64,000 bases of DNA from an uncultured Alphaproteobacteria bacterium (GTDB lineage Bacteria; Pseudomonadota; Alphaproteobacteria; SHVP01), in assembly GCA_964350495.1 (NCBI GenBank), contig CAYGKG010000003.1, forward strand, positions 4,825 through 68,824. The letters are read 5' to 3'. The position numbers and the translations under genes are program-made. Numbering within the stretch: position 1 is the first letter of the stretch; each line of letters opens with the position of its first letter. Shown here one piece after another: positions 27,679 to 38,014 of the stretch. The notes beneath the pieces are model-generated. The model had not been told where the DNA came from. It did not search any database and saw only the letters and a list, made by a program, of their open reading frames with translations.

Positions 27679-28272
27679 TTAGGGCGATTCACCGTACAGG
27701 CTGGCGAACTCGGCGCGCAGGGCATCCATGCGTTTGTTGACCGCGTCCTGACCTGCCCGATCGGCCCAGATTCGATGGTCGCCGCGGCCATAGGCTTCGG
27801 CATTTTGTTCGTAGAGAAATGCATTGAGCCGGTTCGCGATCCAGTTGTTGCGAGTCTTGGTAACGCGCGCGGGCATGCCCATCACGATCGAATTCGGCGG
27901 CACGACGGTCCCCTCACGGACGAAAGCGCCGCCGGCCACGATGGAGTTCGCCCCGATAACCGCACCGTCCATGATCGTTGCATTGATGCCGATCAGACAG
28001 TTGTCCTCGATGGTGCAGCCATGAATTGTGCAGTGGTGCGTGATCGAGCAGTAATCGCCGATGACCGTCGGCGTGGTGGCGCCGACATGGATCATGGCGA
28101 AATCCTGTATGTTGGTGTGGGCGCCGATGTCGATCGCGAAGACCTCGGCCCGCATCGCGACATTGATCCAAACCGATGATCCCCGCCCGATCCTGACGTC
28201 CCCATAGATTTGGGCGGTGGGATGTACAAAGGCCGCAGCGTCCAACCGCACTAACGGTCCAAAATCAGGCAT
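27679..28272 (-). CDS. Gamma-carbonic-anhydrase-like / left-handed beta-helix (hexapeptide repeat) protein
   Basis: 197 aa with the YrdA/PaaY-like N-terminus AAFVHPTAQIYGDVRIGRGSSVW, hexapeptide repeats and conserved His residues. Confidence 0.8.
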   Translation of the reverse strand: MPDFGPLVRLDAAAFVHPTAQIYGDVRIGRGSSVWINVAMRAEVFAIDIGAHTNIQDFAMIHVGATTPTVIGDYCSITHHCTIHGCTIEDNCLIGINATIMDGAVIGANSIVAGGAFVREGTVVPPNSIVMGMPARVTKTRNNWIANRLNAFLYEQNAEAYGRGDHRIWADRAGQDAVNKRMDALRAEFASLYGESP

Positions 28273-28320
28273 CGATCCTCCTGCAAAGGGTTTTGGCGGA
28301 CTATGTACAAAGCGAAAACA

Positions 28321-28338
28321 CTGTGGCGACCGTCACAG
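28321..28338. promoter_or_regulatory. CRP/FNR-type palindrome (cTGTGG-N6-TCACAg) in a divergent intergenic region
   Basis: TGTGGCGACCGTCACA at 28322-28337 matches TGTGA-N6-TCACA at 9 of 10 half-site positions. Its centre is about 74 nt upstream of the cNMP-binding gene ATG and about 57 nt upstream of the gamma-CA-like gene ATG. Confidence 0.3.
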
Positions 28339-28403
28339 GGCGCCATCCACCCAAGGTCATAGGGTAATGTGGGGAATTCGCGCACACGTGAAAGCAAACA
28401 GCA

Positions 28404-28823
28404 ATGTCGGCGAGTAAAAGTTTCGAAAGACGTTCGATCGGAGCCCAGACAACCATCTTCGGTGAAGGGCAGCCGGGGGACAATGCCTACCTGATCGTCA
28501 GCGGCCACGTGGAAATCCGCAAGGGAACCATGTCGGACAACCCCCATGTCATTGCCGTCCTAGGACCTGGCGATGTCGTCGGCGAGATGGCGCTGTTCGA
28601 CGAACGGCCCCGCATGGCGGAAGCGGTTACCGTCGACGACACCGAAGTGATCGTCGTTGCCCGCGACGAATTCATGAAACGTCTGAACGAGATGAATCCG
28701 GTCATGAAGCGCATGCTTCAGATCATGGTCGGCCGTGTGCGCAGCATGACCGACGAGTTCATGAAGCGAAAAGGCGACAGTCGCTGGGATAGCCAGTCGA
28801 ACGGCGCCCCTCCGTCGTCCTAA
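28404..28823 (+). CDS. Stand-alone cyclic-nucleotide-binding-domain protein (no output domain)
   Basis: 139 aa with a beta-barrel cNMP-binding fold (IFGEGQPGDNAYLIVSGHVEI..., GEMALFDERPRMAEAV). No HTH or enzymatic domain follows. Confidence 0.75.
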   Translation: MSASKSFERRSIGAQTTIFGEGQPGDNAYLIVSGHVEIRKGTMSDNPHVIAVLGPGDVVGEMALFDERPRMAEAVTVDDTEVIVVARDEFMKRLNEMNPVMKRMLQIMVGRVRSMTDEFMKRKGDSRWDSQSNGAPPSS

Positions 28824-28886
28824 CGGCCAACGGATAACCGGCGTCTAGGGGCGCGGCGAGCGGCTCAATCGTCTTGACCAGGGGAT

Positions 28887-28962
<76 letters not shown>

Positions 28963-29103
28963 TGACGCGGGAAGGAACCCGCCCCGCGGGGGGAGAACCT
29001 AGGGCCGCTCCGGCGCCGAATCAAGCCCGACGGTGCACGATCCGGTCGCTAAGGATTGTGCGGCATCGGCCCGGGGTTCATCATGCCGAAAAGGAGGTGC
29101 CCC

Positions 29104-30270
29104 ATGGCCGAGACCTTACCCCACCCGATGCTCCCCGAGGCCAATCACGACGAGCTGGCAGGCCAGCAATTCGTGCAAGCCATGAAGATGCACGTCTCCT
29201 CTAAAATCACCGCAGGCAACCACAAAATCTTTGACCACGCCGTACGCCCGGCTTTCGAAAAGAAGCACCGGCGGGCACCGCAATCGCGCCACGAGGTGCG
29301 ACGTCTGATGGAGCGTGAGCCCTATCATCAGATGTGGGGGTCGCTGATGCGCCTAGGGCAGGAATTAATGTGGGACACGGTGATCGACAGCGTCGATCGA
29401 CAGCTCGACGGCCTGATTGCGCGCGCCAAGCCAAAACGGACCGTCGGATCCCTGACGCTTAACCCTGCGCTCGAGCAACCGCGCTACCTCGCGGCAGTCG
29501 ATCAGCACGGTCAGCCGGGCAGCTACTACACCGAAACGTGCGCGGACGACGTTCGTGCCGGGGCGGTTCTCGACCGTGGCGCATCGATCTATCACTTCGG
29601 CCGGGCCGGCGGCGCTGGGATGGAGGGCCGTGGCCGAACGCTGGTTCAATTCCTATGGGAGAAGTATCCCGACCTAAATCCCAGAGAAATTCTCGATCTC
29701 GGTTGCTCGGTGGGAGCGAGTTCCGTGCCCCTGGCGCGCTACTTTCCAAAAGCTCGCGTCCATGCGATCGACACCGGCGCGCCGCTCCTGCGCTACGCCC
29801 ACGGACGGGCCGAAGCGATGGGCGTTCCCGTCCACTATGCCCAACAAGATGCAGCGGATCTCAAGTACCCCGACGCCAGCATGGATCTCGTGGTGTCGCT
29901 CGTGATGCTGCATGAAACCAGCACTAAGGCGCTGCCCAAAATCCTGGCCGAGTGCTACCGCGTGCTGCGCCCCGGGGGCGTTGTCGTCCATCTGGAGGTG
30001 CCAGTCCGCTACCCCCATATGCCGAATCTGATGGAACAGGTCCTGCGCGACTGGCAGACTTATTATAACGACGAGCCGTTTTGGGGCCGTGTCTGTGAAA
30101 CCGATTTGGTCGCGGCGCTAGAGCGGACCGGCTTTGGCGAGGTCTACGAGGGATACCAAATGCAGACCCTCGACCCGCGGCGGGGCGTTGCCGGCTTCAC
30201 GACCAACGCCGACTCTCGACCGGGCCATTGGTACGTTGCGACCGGGACAAAGCCGCCTGCCGCCGGTTAG
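29104..30270 (+). CDS. Class I SAM-dependent methyltransferase with an N-terminal extension of about 190 aa of unknown function
   Basis: SAM motif I ILDLGCSVGASS, and a post-I/II region (DLVVSLVMLHE, LRPGGVVV). Start set at ATG 29104, which has AGGAGG 6 nt upstream. The track TTG at 29056 is rejected. Confidence 0.75.
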   Translation: MAETLPHPMLPEANHDELAGQQFVQAMKMHVSSKITAGNHKIFDHAVRPAFEKKHRRAPQSRHEVRRLMEREPYHQMWGSLMRLGQELMWDTVIDSVDRQLDGLIARAKPKRTVGSLTLNPALEQPRYLAAVDQHGQPGSYYTETCADDVRAGAVLDRGASIYHFGRAGGAGMEGRGRTLVQFLWEKYPDLNPREILDLGCSVGASSVPLARYFPKARVHAIDTGAPLLRYAHGRAEAMGVPVHYAQQDAADLKYPDASMDLVVSLVMLHETSTKALPKILAECYRVLRPGGVVVHLEVPVRYPHMPNLMEQVLRDWQTYYNDEPFWGRVCETDLVAALERTGFGEVYEGYQMQTLDPRRGVAGFTTNADSRPGHWYVATGTKPPAAG

Positions 30271-30296
30271 CGGCGGCATCCCGACCGGTTCCGCGC

Positions 30297-30644
30297 CTAG
30301 TTGCTGGTGCCGGTCTCGATAACCTCGTCGAGATTGTCGTCGTCGTCGTCGTCGAGATCGACCGCATCGTCGACATCGTCGTCGTCCGCATCGTCGTCAT
30401 CGAGGTCGTCGACCAACTCGTCGGCATCGTCGTCACCTGCCGCTGCAGGGCGCTTGCGGCGATCATGTTTGGGCGGCGGTTTCTTGGCCTCTTTGGCCTC
30501 CGCGCGGGGCGCCGCCCGGGTAACCGCGACGACCTTGAATTCGGTACCGCAGCCCGGACATATGGCTGGCGATTTGCCCATGTCGTAGAACTTCAGATCG
30601 CAACTCTGACATTGGCACTTGCTTCCCCATTCCGGTTTCGCCAT
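30297..30644 (-). CDS. Zinc-ribbon protein with an acidic tail (FYDLN_acid / TIGR02300-like)
   Basis: 115 aa starting MAKPEWGSKCQCQSCDLKFYDMGKSPAICPGCGTEF (a CxxC...CxxC ribbon with the FYD motif), followed by a basic stretch and a poly-Asp C-terminus. Confidence 0.75.
   Translation of the reverse strand: MAKPEWGSKCQCQSCDLKFYDMGKSPAICPGCGTEFKVVAVTRAAPRAEAKEAKKPPPKHDRRKRPAAAGDDDADELVDDLDDDDADDDDVDDAVDLDDDDDDNLDEVIETGTSN
30336..30353. repeat. (GTC)6 trinucleotide repeat encoding Asp6 on the minus strand
   Basis: Six perfect GTC units lie within a longer GTC/ATC-rich tract (about 30330-30440) that forms the acidic tail of the zinc-ribbon protein. Confidence 0.85.
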
Positions 30645-30836
30645 CGCCAGCCTCCGCTCTCCAAGACCTTGATCCGTCACGCTCAATTGCGGCCTGCAAT
30701 GCCACGATCCCCGAGCCCTGTCAAAAGTTTTTGCGCCCCCTTTTGCGGCCCCCGAACCGACATCCTTTGGCGCGGGGAAACGCTGTGCTAGACAACCCGT
30801 GACGGTCCCCTGCCGCCGCAAAAACGCATTGTCGGA

Positions 30837-32165
30837 ATGACGGCCTTTCAATCGCATCCTCTTCGCACGCCTCTGCATGGCACCGTGGCCATCCCGGGCG
30901 ACAAATCGATCTCTCACCGCGCGTTGATTTTCGGCGCCTTGAGCGTCGGTGAAACGACGATCGCCAACCTGCTGGAAGGCGACGACGTCTTGCGTACCGG
31001 AGCCGCGCTCCGCGCGCTCGGGGCGACGATCGACCGACGCGAGGACGGTATATGGACCGTGCAGGGTTGTGGGGTCGGCGGACTGCGTGCGCCGGCCGAA
31101 GTACTCGATCTCGGCAATTCCGGCACTGGCGCGCGACTGTTGATGGGGGTTGCGGCGACCCACCCCTTCGTCACCTTTCTCAGTGGCGATGCGTCGTTGA
31201 GCCGGCGCCCGATGGGCCGGGTGATGACACCGCTGGAGAAATTCGGCACGACTTTTGTCAGCCGTGACGGCCAACTCCCCTGTGCCGTCGTTGGCGCGCA
31301 ACGTCCGATTCCGATCGAGCATGAAATGACTGTCGCCAGCGCCCAGGTTAAATCGGCGATCCTCCTGGCGGGACTGAACGCACCGGGCGAGACGAGCGTT
31401 CTCGAGCGCGCCGCGACGCGCGACCATACCGAACGCATGCTGCGTGCCTTCGGCGCCGATATTCGGGTCGAGCAGGACGCGGCGTTCACGCGAATCACGG
31501 TTGCGGGTCACCCCGAACTCGTCGCTTGCCCGGTCACGGTGCCCGCCGATCCGTCATCGGCGGCATTCTTCGTCGTTGCGGCGACCGTGATCGAAGGCTC
31601 CGACATCCTGATCAAAGGTGTCAGCATGAACCCGCTCAGGGCGGGATTGTTCGAGGTGCTCCGCGACATGGGCGCGGACATCGGCATCACCGATGCGACG
31701 GAGATCAACGGCGAACCGGTCGCAGACCTGAGGGTTCGCTCGGCGGCGCTGCACGGGATTGACATTGCCCCTGAACGGGCGCCGAGCATGATTGATGAGT
31801 ACCCGATCCTAGCCGTCGCAGCGGCCGTCGCGCACGGCGACACAGTCATGCGCGGCCTCGAAGAACTGCGGGTAAAGGAGAGCGACCGTTTGAGCGCCAT
31901 TGCCCTGGGCCTCGAAGCCTGCGGGATCGTTGTCGACCAGTCCGCCGACGGGTTGGTGGTACATGGGAGCAACGGTGCCGTTGCCGGCGGGGGTCATGTT
32001 GTCACCAACCACGACCACCGGATTGCGATGGCATTTGCCATCCTTGGACTGGCTGCGCGCCACCCGGTCACGATCGACGACGACCGCATGATCGCGACGA
32101 GCTTTCCCAATTTCGTGCCGTTGGCCCGACAGCTCGGCGCGGCGCTGGTGCCATTGAACCGATGA
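30837..32165 (+). CDS. aroA: 3-phosphoshikimate 1-carboxyvinyltransferase (EPSP synthase)
   Basis: 442 aa with N-terminal GDKSISHRALIFGAL and LGNSGTGARLL motifs. Confidence 0.95.
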   Translation: MTAFQSHPLRTPLHGTVAIPGDKSISHRALIFGALSVGETTIANLLEGDDVLRTGAALRALGATIDRREDGIWTVQGCGVGGLRAPAEVLDLGNSGTGARLLMGVAATHPFVTFLSGDASLSRRPMGRVMTPLEKFGTTFVSRDGQLPCAVVGAQRPIPIEHEMTVASAQVKSAILLAGLNAPGETSVLERAATRDHTERMLRAFGADIRVEQDAAFTRITVAGHPELVACPVTVPADPSSAAFFVVAATVIEGSDILIKGVSMNPLRAGLFEVLRDMGADIGITDATEINGEPVADLRVRSAALHGIDIAPERAPSMIDEYPILAVAAAVAHGDTVMRGLEELRVKESDRLSAIALGLEACGIVVDQSADGLVVHGSNGAVAGGGHVVTNHDHRIAMAFAILGLAARHPVTIDDDRMIATSFPNFVPLARQLGAALVPLNR

Positions 32166-32809
32166 TTGTTGCCATCGATGGACCGGCCGCGGCCGGCAAA
32201 GGGACGTTGGCGCGAAAGATCGCCGGTGCACTGGGCTTCGCCCATTTGGATACCGGCGCACTCTACCGGGCAGTGGGATTACGGGTTCTCCGGGCCGGTC
32301 AGGACCCAAACGACCCCAATGCGGCGCTTGGCGCGGCGATGGCCCTCGATTCGAGCGACCTCTCCGATCCGGCGCTCCGCGACGAGGCCACCGGAACGGC
32401 GGCATCGGTGGTCTCGGCCTACCCCGCCGTTCGCGCGGCCTTGCTGGAATTCCAGCGAAATTTCGCCAAAACCCCGCCAAACCGGGCGCCCGGCGCCGTC
32501 ATCGAGGGCCGCGACATCGGCACTGTCATTTGCCCGGACGCCGACATCAAGTTCTTCATCGACGCTGCGTTAGCCGTCCGGGCGCACCGGCGACACGCGG
32601 AACTTACCGCCAAAGGCAGCCAGATAGACCGCAACGAGGTGCGGGCCGAGATGGCTGCGCGGGACGCGCGCGACCGCAATCGCGCGGATTCTCCGCTCCG
32701 CCCGGCCCCCGACGCACACTTGCTCGATACCACGGATTTGGATATAGACGGGGTTTTCGCGGCAGCCATGCAGCTTATTGGCGACGTTGCGAAGGTGCAG
32801 GGGCGCTAA
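32162..32809 (+). CDS. cmk: Cytidylate kinase
   Basis: 215 aa starting IVAIDGPAAAGKGTLARKIA. A 4-nt overlap with the aroA stop. The aroA-cmk-rpsA synteny is conserved. Confidence 0.95.
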   Translation: MIVAIDGPAAAGKGTLARKIAGALGFAHLDTGALYRAVGLRVLRAGQDPNDPNAALGAAMALDSSDLSDPALRDEATGTAASVVSAYPAVRAALLEFQRNFAKTPPNRAPGAVIEGRDIGTVICPDADIKFFIDAALAVRAHRRHAELTAKGSQIDRNEVRAEMAARDARDRNRADSPLRPAPDAHLLDTTDLDIDGVFAAAMQLIGDVAKVQGR

Positions 32810-32938
32810 CCCGCCCGGCAATACTACCAGCGGAAAGTTTGGTCTCAATCCCGTGTGCTGGAAGTCCGCATCCTGCGGCTCGAGGCATCTAACCCGTTCA
32901 TGGAGAACGGTTGGCCAGGCAGAAAAGGATATGAACTT

Positions 32939-34654
32939 ATGTCGGAAACGACACACGAAGCCATGCGCAACACCGGCGAAGACTTCGCCGCCCTCCTAGA
33001 AGAATCCCTCGGCGCCAACGAAGATCTCGAAGGATCGGTGATCAAGGGCATCGTCGTTGCAATCGAAAACGATGACGCGGTGGTCGACGTCGGCTTGAAG
33101 TCCGAAGGTCGGGTCGCGCTCAAGGAATTTGCCCTGCCGGGGCAGCCCGCCGAGCTCAAAGTCGGCGACACCGTCGAGGTCTATCTCGAACGGATGGAGA
33201 ACCGGAACGGCGAAGCGGTGCTCAGCCGCGAAAAGGCCCGCCGCGAAGAATCCTGGGAAAAGCTCGAAGAAGCGTTCGAAAAGACCGAACGGGTCACCGG
33301 CCACATCTTTGGCCGCGTCAAAGGCGGTTTCACCGTCGACCTCTCGGGTGCCGTCGCCTTTCTCCCGGGCAGTCAAGTCGATATCCGGCCGGTGCGCGAT
33401 GTCGGACCGCTGATGAACTCGCCACAGCCCTTCCAAATCCTCAAGATGGACCGCCGTCGCGGCAATATTGTCGTCTCCCGCCGCGCCGTTCTGGAAGAGA
33501 CCCGCGCCGAGGCGCGTTCGGAACTCCTCAACACCCTTTCCGAGGGACAGGTCCTCGAAGGTGTCGTCAAGAACATCACCGACTACGGTGCATTCGTCGA
33601 TCTGGGCGGCATCGACGGTCTACTCCATGTCACCGACATGGCGTGGCGCCGCATCGGGCACCCCTCCGAGGTGCTGAATATCGGCGAGACCGTCAAGGTT
33701 CAGGTCATCAAAGTGAACCCCGAAAGCCAGCGGATTTCGCTGGGGATGAAGCAGCTCGAGTCCGATCCTTGGGACGGCGTCGAAGTGAAGTTCCCGGTCA
33801 GCGCCAAATTCACCGGCCGCGTCACCAACATCACCGACTACGGCGCATTCGTCGAACTGGAACCGGGCGTCGAAGGCCTGGTCCATGTTTCCGAGATGAG
33901 CTGGACCAAGAAGAACGTCCATCCGGGCAAAATCGTTTCCACCAGCCAAGAAGTCGAAGTCGTCATTCTCGATGTCGACGCTGCCAAACGGCGGATCAGC
34001 CTCGGCCTGAAGCAAACGATGGACAACCCATGGGAAGCGTTTGAGGCCTCCCATCCCGTCGGCACGCTGGTCGAAGGCGAGATCAAGGGCATCACCGAGT
34101 TCGGTCTCTTTGTCGGCCTCGACGGCGGCGTGGACGGCTTGGTCCATCTGTCCGACATCACCTGGTCGGGATCGGGCGAAGAGGCGGCGGCCCAGTACCA
34201 AAAAGGCCAAATGGTTAAGGCCAAGGTCCTCGATGTCAGCACCGAGAAAGAACGCATCAGCCTCGGTATCAAGCAGCTCACCGACGATCCGTTCGATTCG
34301 GTTTCGGACGGGGTCGTTAAAGGCAGCACCGTGACCTGTACGGTCTCGGAGGTGAAAGAGGGTGGAATCGAAGTGACCCTGCCCACCGGCTGGTCGACCT
34401 TCATCCGACGGTCGGACCTGTCGCGCGACCGTTCCGACCAACGTCCGGATCGTTTCGCACCGGGCGACAAAGTCGATGCCAAGGTCATGTCGGTCGACTC
34501 CGACAATCGCAAAGTCAGCGTTTCGATCAAAGCACTCGAGGTTGCCGAAGAGAAAGAGGCGATGGCCCAGTTCGGTTCGTCCGATAGCGGTGCAAGCCTG
34601 GGCGACATCCTCGGTGCCGCGCTTCGCGACAGGGAACAAGCCGACGACAAATAG
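32939..34654 (+). CDS. rpsA: 30S ribosomal protein S1
   Basis: 571 aa from ATG 32939 ([24 protein letters not shown]) with six S1 repeats (e.g. [15 protein letters not shown]). Confidence 0.95.
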   Translation: MSETTHEAMRNTGEDFAALLEESLGANEDLEGSVIKGIVVAIENDDAVVDVGLKSEGRVALKEFALPGQPAELKVGDTVEVYLERMENRNGEAVLSREKARREESWEKLEEAFEKTERVTGHIFGRVKGGFTVDLSGAVAFLPGSQVDIRPVRDVGPLMNSPQPFQILKMDRRRGNIVVSRRAVLEETRAEARSELLNTLSEGQVLEGVVKNITDYGAFVDLGGIDGLLHVTDMAWRRIGHPSEVLNIGETVKVQVIKVNPESQRISLGMKQLESDPWDGVEVKFPVSAKFTGRVTNITDYGAFVELEPGVEGLVHVSEMSWTKKNVHPGKIVSTSQEVEVVILDVDAAKRRISLGLKQTMDNPWEAFEASHPVGTLVEGEIKGITEFGLFVGLDGGVDGLVHLSDITWSGSGEEAAAQYQKGQMVKAKVLDVSTEKERISLGIKQLTDDPFDSVSDGVVKGSTVTCTVSEVKEGGIEVTLPTGWSTFIRRSDLSRDRSDQRPDRFAPGDKVDAKVMSVDSDNRKVSVSIKALEVAEEKEAMAQFGSSDSGASLGDILGAALRDREQADDK

Positions 34655-34663
34655 GACGAGGTC

Positions 34664-35587
34664 GTGACCACCGACGCGGACGGGATCGTTGCCCGACGCC
34701 GCTTGCGTCGGTGGCTCGCCTTTTGGCGGGTGTCGGCGCTCGTCGTCGGCGCGGCCTTGGTCCTTGCCGTGGTTGCGGTCGTCACGGATTTCGATCCGAT
34801 CGGCGACCGCCCGCACATCCTGAGAGTCACCGTCAGCGGTATCGTGTTCGACGATCCCTCGATCCTTGGCGGCCTCGAACAAGCCGCTGAGGATGACGCA
34901 ACCCGCGCCGTGCTGGTAATTATCGACACGCCGGGCGGCACCACGACGGGCGGCGAATCGATCTATCGGGAATTGCGGCGAATCAGCGAGAGCGGGACAC
35001 CGGTCGTCGCCGTCATCAGAACCGTTGGGGCGTCCGCCGGTTACATGGTGGCGCTCGCGGCGGACCGAATCTACGCATTGGAAACCTCGATCACCGGGTC
35101 GATCGGCGTCTTGCTCGAGACCGCCGAGGTCAGCAAGCTACTCGACCGCCTCGGGGTCTCCGCCGAAACCTTCCGCAGCGCGCCGCTCAAGGGTCAACCG
35201 TCCCTCTTCCAGCCGCTGGATGAGCGGACGCGGGTTGCGACGCAATCCCTGATCGACGACGTCTACGATTGGTTCCTGGAGGTCTTCGCGGAACGCCGGG
35301 GTCTCCCGGTCGAGACCGCCCGGGGCTTGGCCGATGGCAGGGCCTACACGGGACGCCAAGCGCTGTCGCTGAATTTGATCGATTCGATCGGCGGCGAGCG
35401 CGAAGCCCTCGCCTGGCTCGTGGAGACGCAGGGAATCTCTGGCGACACCCCCGTGATCGACCTCGAACGCGACGACAATCCGGAAACATTTTTCGATCTC
35501 GTCACGGGCTTGGCCAAAAAAACGCTTCTCTCAGAACGACTTAGGCTTGACGGCCTGATGTCGGTTTGGCACCCTGGAGAGAATTAG
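34664..35587 (+). CDS. sppA: Signal peptide peptidase SppA, 36K type
   Basis: 307 aa from a GTG start. N-terminal TM helix and the ClpP/crotonase-like motif [17 protein letters not shown]. Confidence 0.85.
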   Translation: MTTDADGIVARRRLRRWLAFWRVSALVVGAALVLAVVAVVTDFDPIGDRPHILRVTVSGIVFDDPSILGGLEQAAEDDATRAVLVIIDTPGGTTTGGESIYRELRRISESGTPVVAVIRTVGASAGYMVALAADRIYALETSITGSIGVLLETAEVSKLLDRLGVSAETFRSAPLKGQPSLFQPLDERTRVATQSLIDDVYDWFLEVFAERRGLPVETARGLADGRAYTGRQALSLNLIDSIGGEREALAWLVETQGISGDTPVIDLERDDNPETFFDLVTGLAKKTLLSERLRLDGLMSVWHPGEN

Positions 35588-35631
35588 CCAACAATATCAG
35601 CGCACTATGCGAACTCAGGGAGCGTGACGCG

Positions 35632-35940
35632 GTGGTCAAATCCGAACTCATCATGCGTCTCGCGGAAATGAATCCGCACCTCTACCAGCGCGACATCGAG
35701 CGAATCGTGTCGACCATTTTCGACGAGATTTCGAACGCGCTCGCCCGGGGCGACCGGGTGGAATTGCGCGGATTTGGGGCCTTTTCGGTCAAACAGCGTG
35801 CGGCGCGCGTTGCCCGCAATCCGCGGACCGGCGAAGCGGTACGCGTTACCGAGAAACACGTGCCGTTCTTCAAGACCGGCAAAGAGTTGCGGCAAAGCCT
35901 CAACGACGAACACGACGACGAAACCGAATCGGCAGCCTAG
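35632..35940 (+). CDS. ihfB: Integration host factor beta subunit
   Basis: A GTG at 35632 gives (M)[25 protein letters not shown]...[12 protein letters not shown]...RNPRTGEAV, the IHF-beta signature. It lies downstream of rpsA, as in many proteobacteria. Confidence 0.85.
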   Translation: MVKSELIMRLAEMNPHLYQRDIERIVSTIFDEISNALARGDRVELRGFGAFSVKQRAARVARNPRTGEAVRVTEKHVPFFKTGKELRQSLNDEHDDETESAA

Positions 35941-35973
35941 GACCGGTCGCCCCGTCGCGCGCCCAATCAATCC

Positions 35974-36294
35974 ATGCGCGCCATCTCCAGTTTTCTGACC
36001 ATCGTCATCGCGGCGATCGTCGTATGGTTCGCGATCGCCAATCGTCATATCGTTCCCCTGACCTTAGATCCGTTGCCGCTGTCGATCTCGGTACCGTTTT
36101 TCTTACCGGTCTTGGTTGCGGTACTGCTCGGTCTGATTGCGGGCGGCTTGCTTTCGTTACGCGCCGCGGGTGAGCGTCGGGCGCGGCTGCGCCGCGCGGA
36201 GCGACAACGCGACGAACTCCAGCAAAACCTCGATGCCGCGCGCGACAAAGGCCCCGCCGGCACCAGCCCGACGACCCTCGGACGCTCGGGCTAG
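35974..36294 (+). CDS. LapA-family (DUF1049) inner-membrane protein
   Basis: 106 aa with two TM helices followed by a charged coiled C-terminus (RRARLRRAERQRDELQQNL). This family typically follows ihfB in alphaproteobacteria. Confidence 0.6.
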   Translation: MRAISSFLTIVIAAIVVWFAIANRHIVPLTLDPLPLSISVPFFLPVLVAVLLGLIAGGLLSLRAAGERRARLRRAERQRDELQQNLDAARDKGPAGTSPTTLGRSG

Positions 36295-37241
36295 TGCGCC
36301 ACCTCGATTGTGCCGCGGTCGCGCAGGCCCTTCCTTACCGCGCGCTCGTCGACGCCATCGAAACTGCGTTCCAATCCGGCGTAGCCACGCCGCTCCGCCA
36401 CCACCATCACATCGAGGTACCGAGCGGCGCCGATGGCGCCATGCTTGTCATGCCCGCCTGGAAATCTGGCCGCTACATCGTCGTGAAAATGGTGTCGGTG
36501 TTCCCCGACAACGCGGCACGCGGCTTGGCATCGGTCCTCGGCATCGTCGTTCTGATCGATGCCGCGACCGGCCAGCCGCTCGCGACTCTCGATGGGCCCG
36601 AGATCACCGGTCGCAGGACCGCGGCGGCGTCGGCGCTCGCCGCCCGGTACCTTGCCCACCCGGATGCGCAACACCTGCTGGTCATGGGCGCCGGGTCTTT
36701 GGGCGGTCACCTCGCCCGTGCCCATAGCGTCGTTCGGCCCATCAACAAGATTAGCGTGTGGAACCGCACCCCGACGCGCGCCGAAGAACTGGCCAGCGAG
36801 CTCCGACGCGAGGGCTTCGATGCCGCGCCCGTTCTACAACCGGACGCGGCGATGCGGACGGCCGATATCGTCACCTGCGCAACGATGTCGTCGGTCCCGT
36901 TAGTAAACGGGGCGCTGCTCAAACCGGGCGCCCACATCGACGTTGTCGGCGCCTACCGCCGCGACATGCGCGAAACCGATGACGACACCGTGCGGCGCGC
37001 CCGTATTTTTGTCGATACCCGCGAAGGCGCTCTTGCCGAAGCCGGCGACATCCTGTTGCCGATGGGACGTGGTGTAATTGCGGAAGCCGACATCTTGGGC
37101 GATCTCTTTTCGTTGTGCCGGGGTGCCGCCGCCGGGCGCGAATCGACCGGCGACATCACCATGTTCAAATCCGTCGGCACGGCCGTCGAAGACTGGGCTG
37201 CCGCCGTTCTTGCCTACGAAGCGACGGCGACACCACGCTGA
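36294..37241 (+). CDS. Ornithine cyclodeaminase / mu-crystallin family protein
   Basis: 315 aa with the Rossmann-type LLVMGAGSLGGHLARAH and overall family-like sequence. Confidence 0.8.
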   Translation: MRHLDCAAVAQALPYRALVDAIETAFQSGVATPLRHHHHIEVPSGADGAMLVMPAWKSGRYIVVKMVSVFPDNAARGLASVLGIVVLIDAATGQPLATLDGPEITGRRTAAASALAARYLAHPDAQHLLVMGAGSLGGHLARAHSVVRPINKISVWNRTPTRAEELASELRREGFDAAPVLQPDAAMRTADIVTCATMSSVPLVNGALLKPGAHIDVVGAYRRDMRETDDDTVRRARIFVDTREGALAEAGDILLPMGRGVIAEADILGDLFSLCRGAAAGRESTGDITMFKSVGTAVEDWAAAVLAYEATATPR

Positions 37242-37305
37242 GACGGTTTGCCAGCACCGAACCGCGGTGCTAAACAGCCGCAGCGAACCGAGCCCCCGGG
37301 GCCCC

Positions 37306-38013
37306 ATGCCACAACAAAATCCCATCTATTGCGCTCTCGACACGACCGATGTCGACCGCGCGCGCGAACTTGGGCGTGCCCTCAAGGGACACGTCGGCGG
37401 CTTGAAGGTCGGCAAAGAATTCTTCACCGCCCACGGGCCCGACGGTGTTCGCCGGATCCTGCCCGACGGCGTGCCGCTTTTTCTCGACCTGAAATTCCAC
37501 GACATCCCCAATACCGTCGCCGGTGCCGTTCGCGCCGCTGGCGCGTTGAATCCGGCCATGTTGAACGTCCATGCCGCCGGTGGCGCCGCCATGATGGAAG
37601 CGGCCCGTGACGCAGCGCAAGAGTCGGCCACACCGCCGTGGGTCCTCGCCGTGACCGTTCTCACCAGCCTGGATGCCCGCGACCTAGAAAGCATCGGCGT
37701 CACCGGCTCGCCCGAAGATCAAGTCGTGCGGCTCGCAACCCTGGCCCAACGTGCCGGCCTGACCGGCGTCGTTTGCGCGGCGACAGAAATTTCTGCCCTG
37801 CGGGCCGCCTGCGGCCCGGACTTCAAACTCGTCGTGCCGGGCATCCGCCCCGAGGGAAGCGCTGTCGGCGACCAAAAAAGAACGATGACCCCGGCCGAGG
37901 CATTGGACCGCGGCGCCGACGTGCTCGTCATCGGCCGCCCCATCACCGCCGCAGCCGATCCGGCTGACGCCGCGCAATCGATCGGGCGCAGTCTCGGCAA
38001 ATCGGCCGCCTGA
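37306..38013 (+). CDS. pyrF: Orotidine 5-prime-phosphate decarboxylase
   Basis: 235 aa from ATG 37306, containing YCALDTTD, LKVGKEFF, FLDLKFHDIPNTV and VIGRPIT. The longer track ORF start at 37078 is rejected. Confidence 0.9.
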   Translation: MPQQNPIYCALDTTDVDRARELGRALKGHVGGLKVGKEFFTAHGPDGVRRILPDGVPLFLDLKFHDIPNTVAGAVRAAGALNPAMLNVHAAGGAAMMEAARDAAQESATPPWVLAVTVLTSLDARDLESIGVTGSPEDQVVRLATLAQRAGLTGVVCAATEISALRAACGPDFKLVVPGIRPEGSAVGDQKRTMTPAEALDRGADVLVIGRPITAAADPADAAQSIGRSLGKSAA

Positions 38014-38014
38014 C

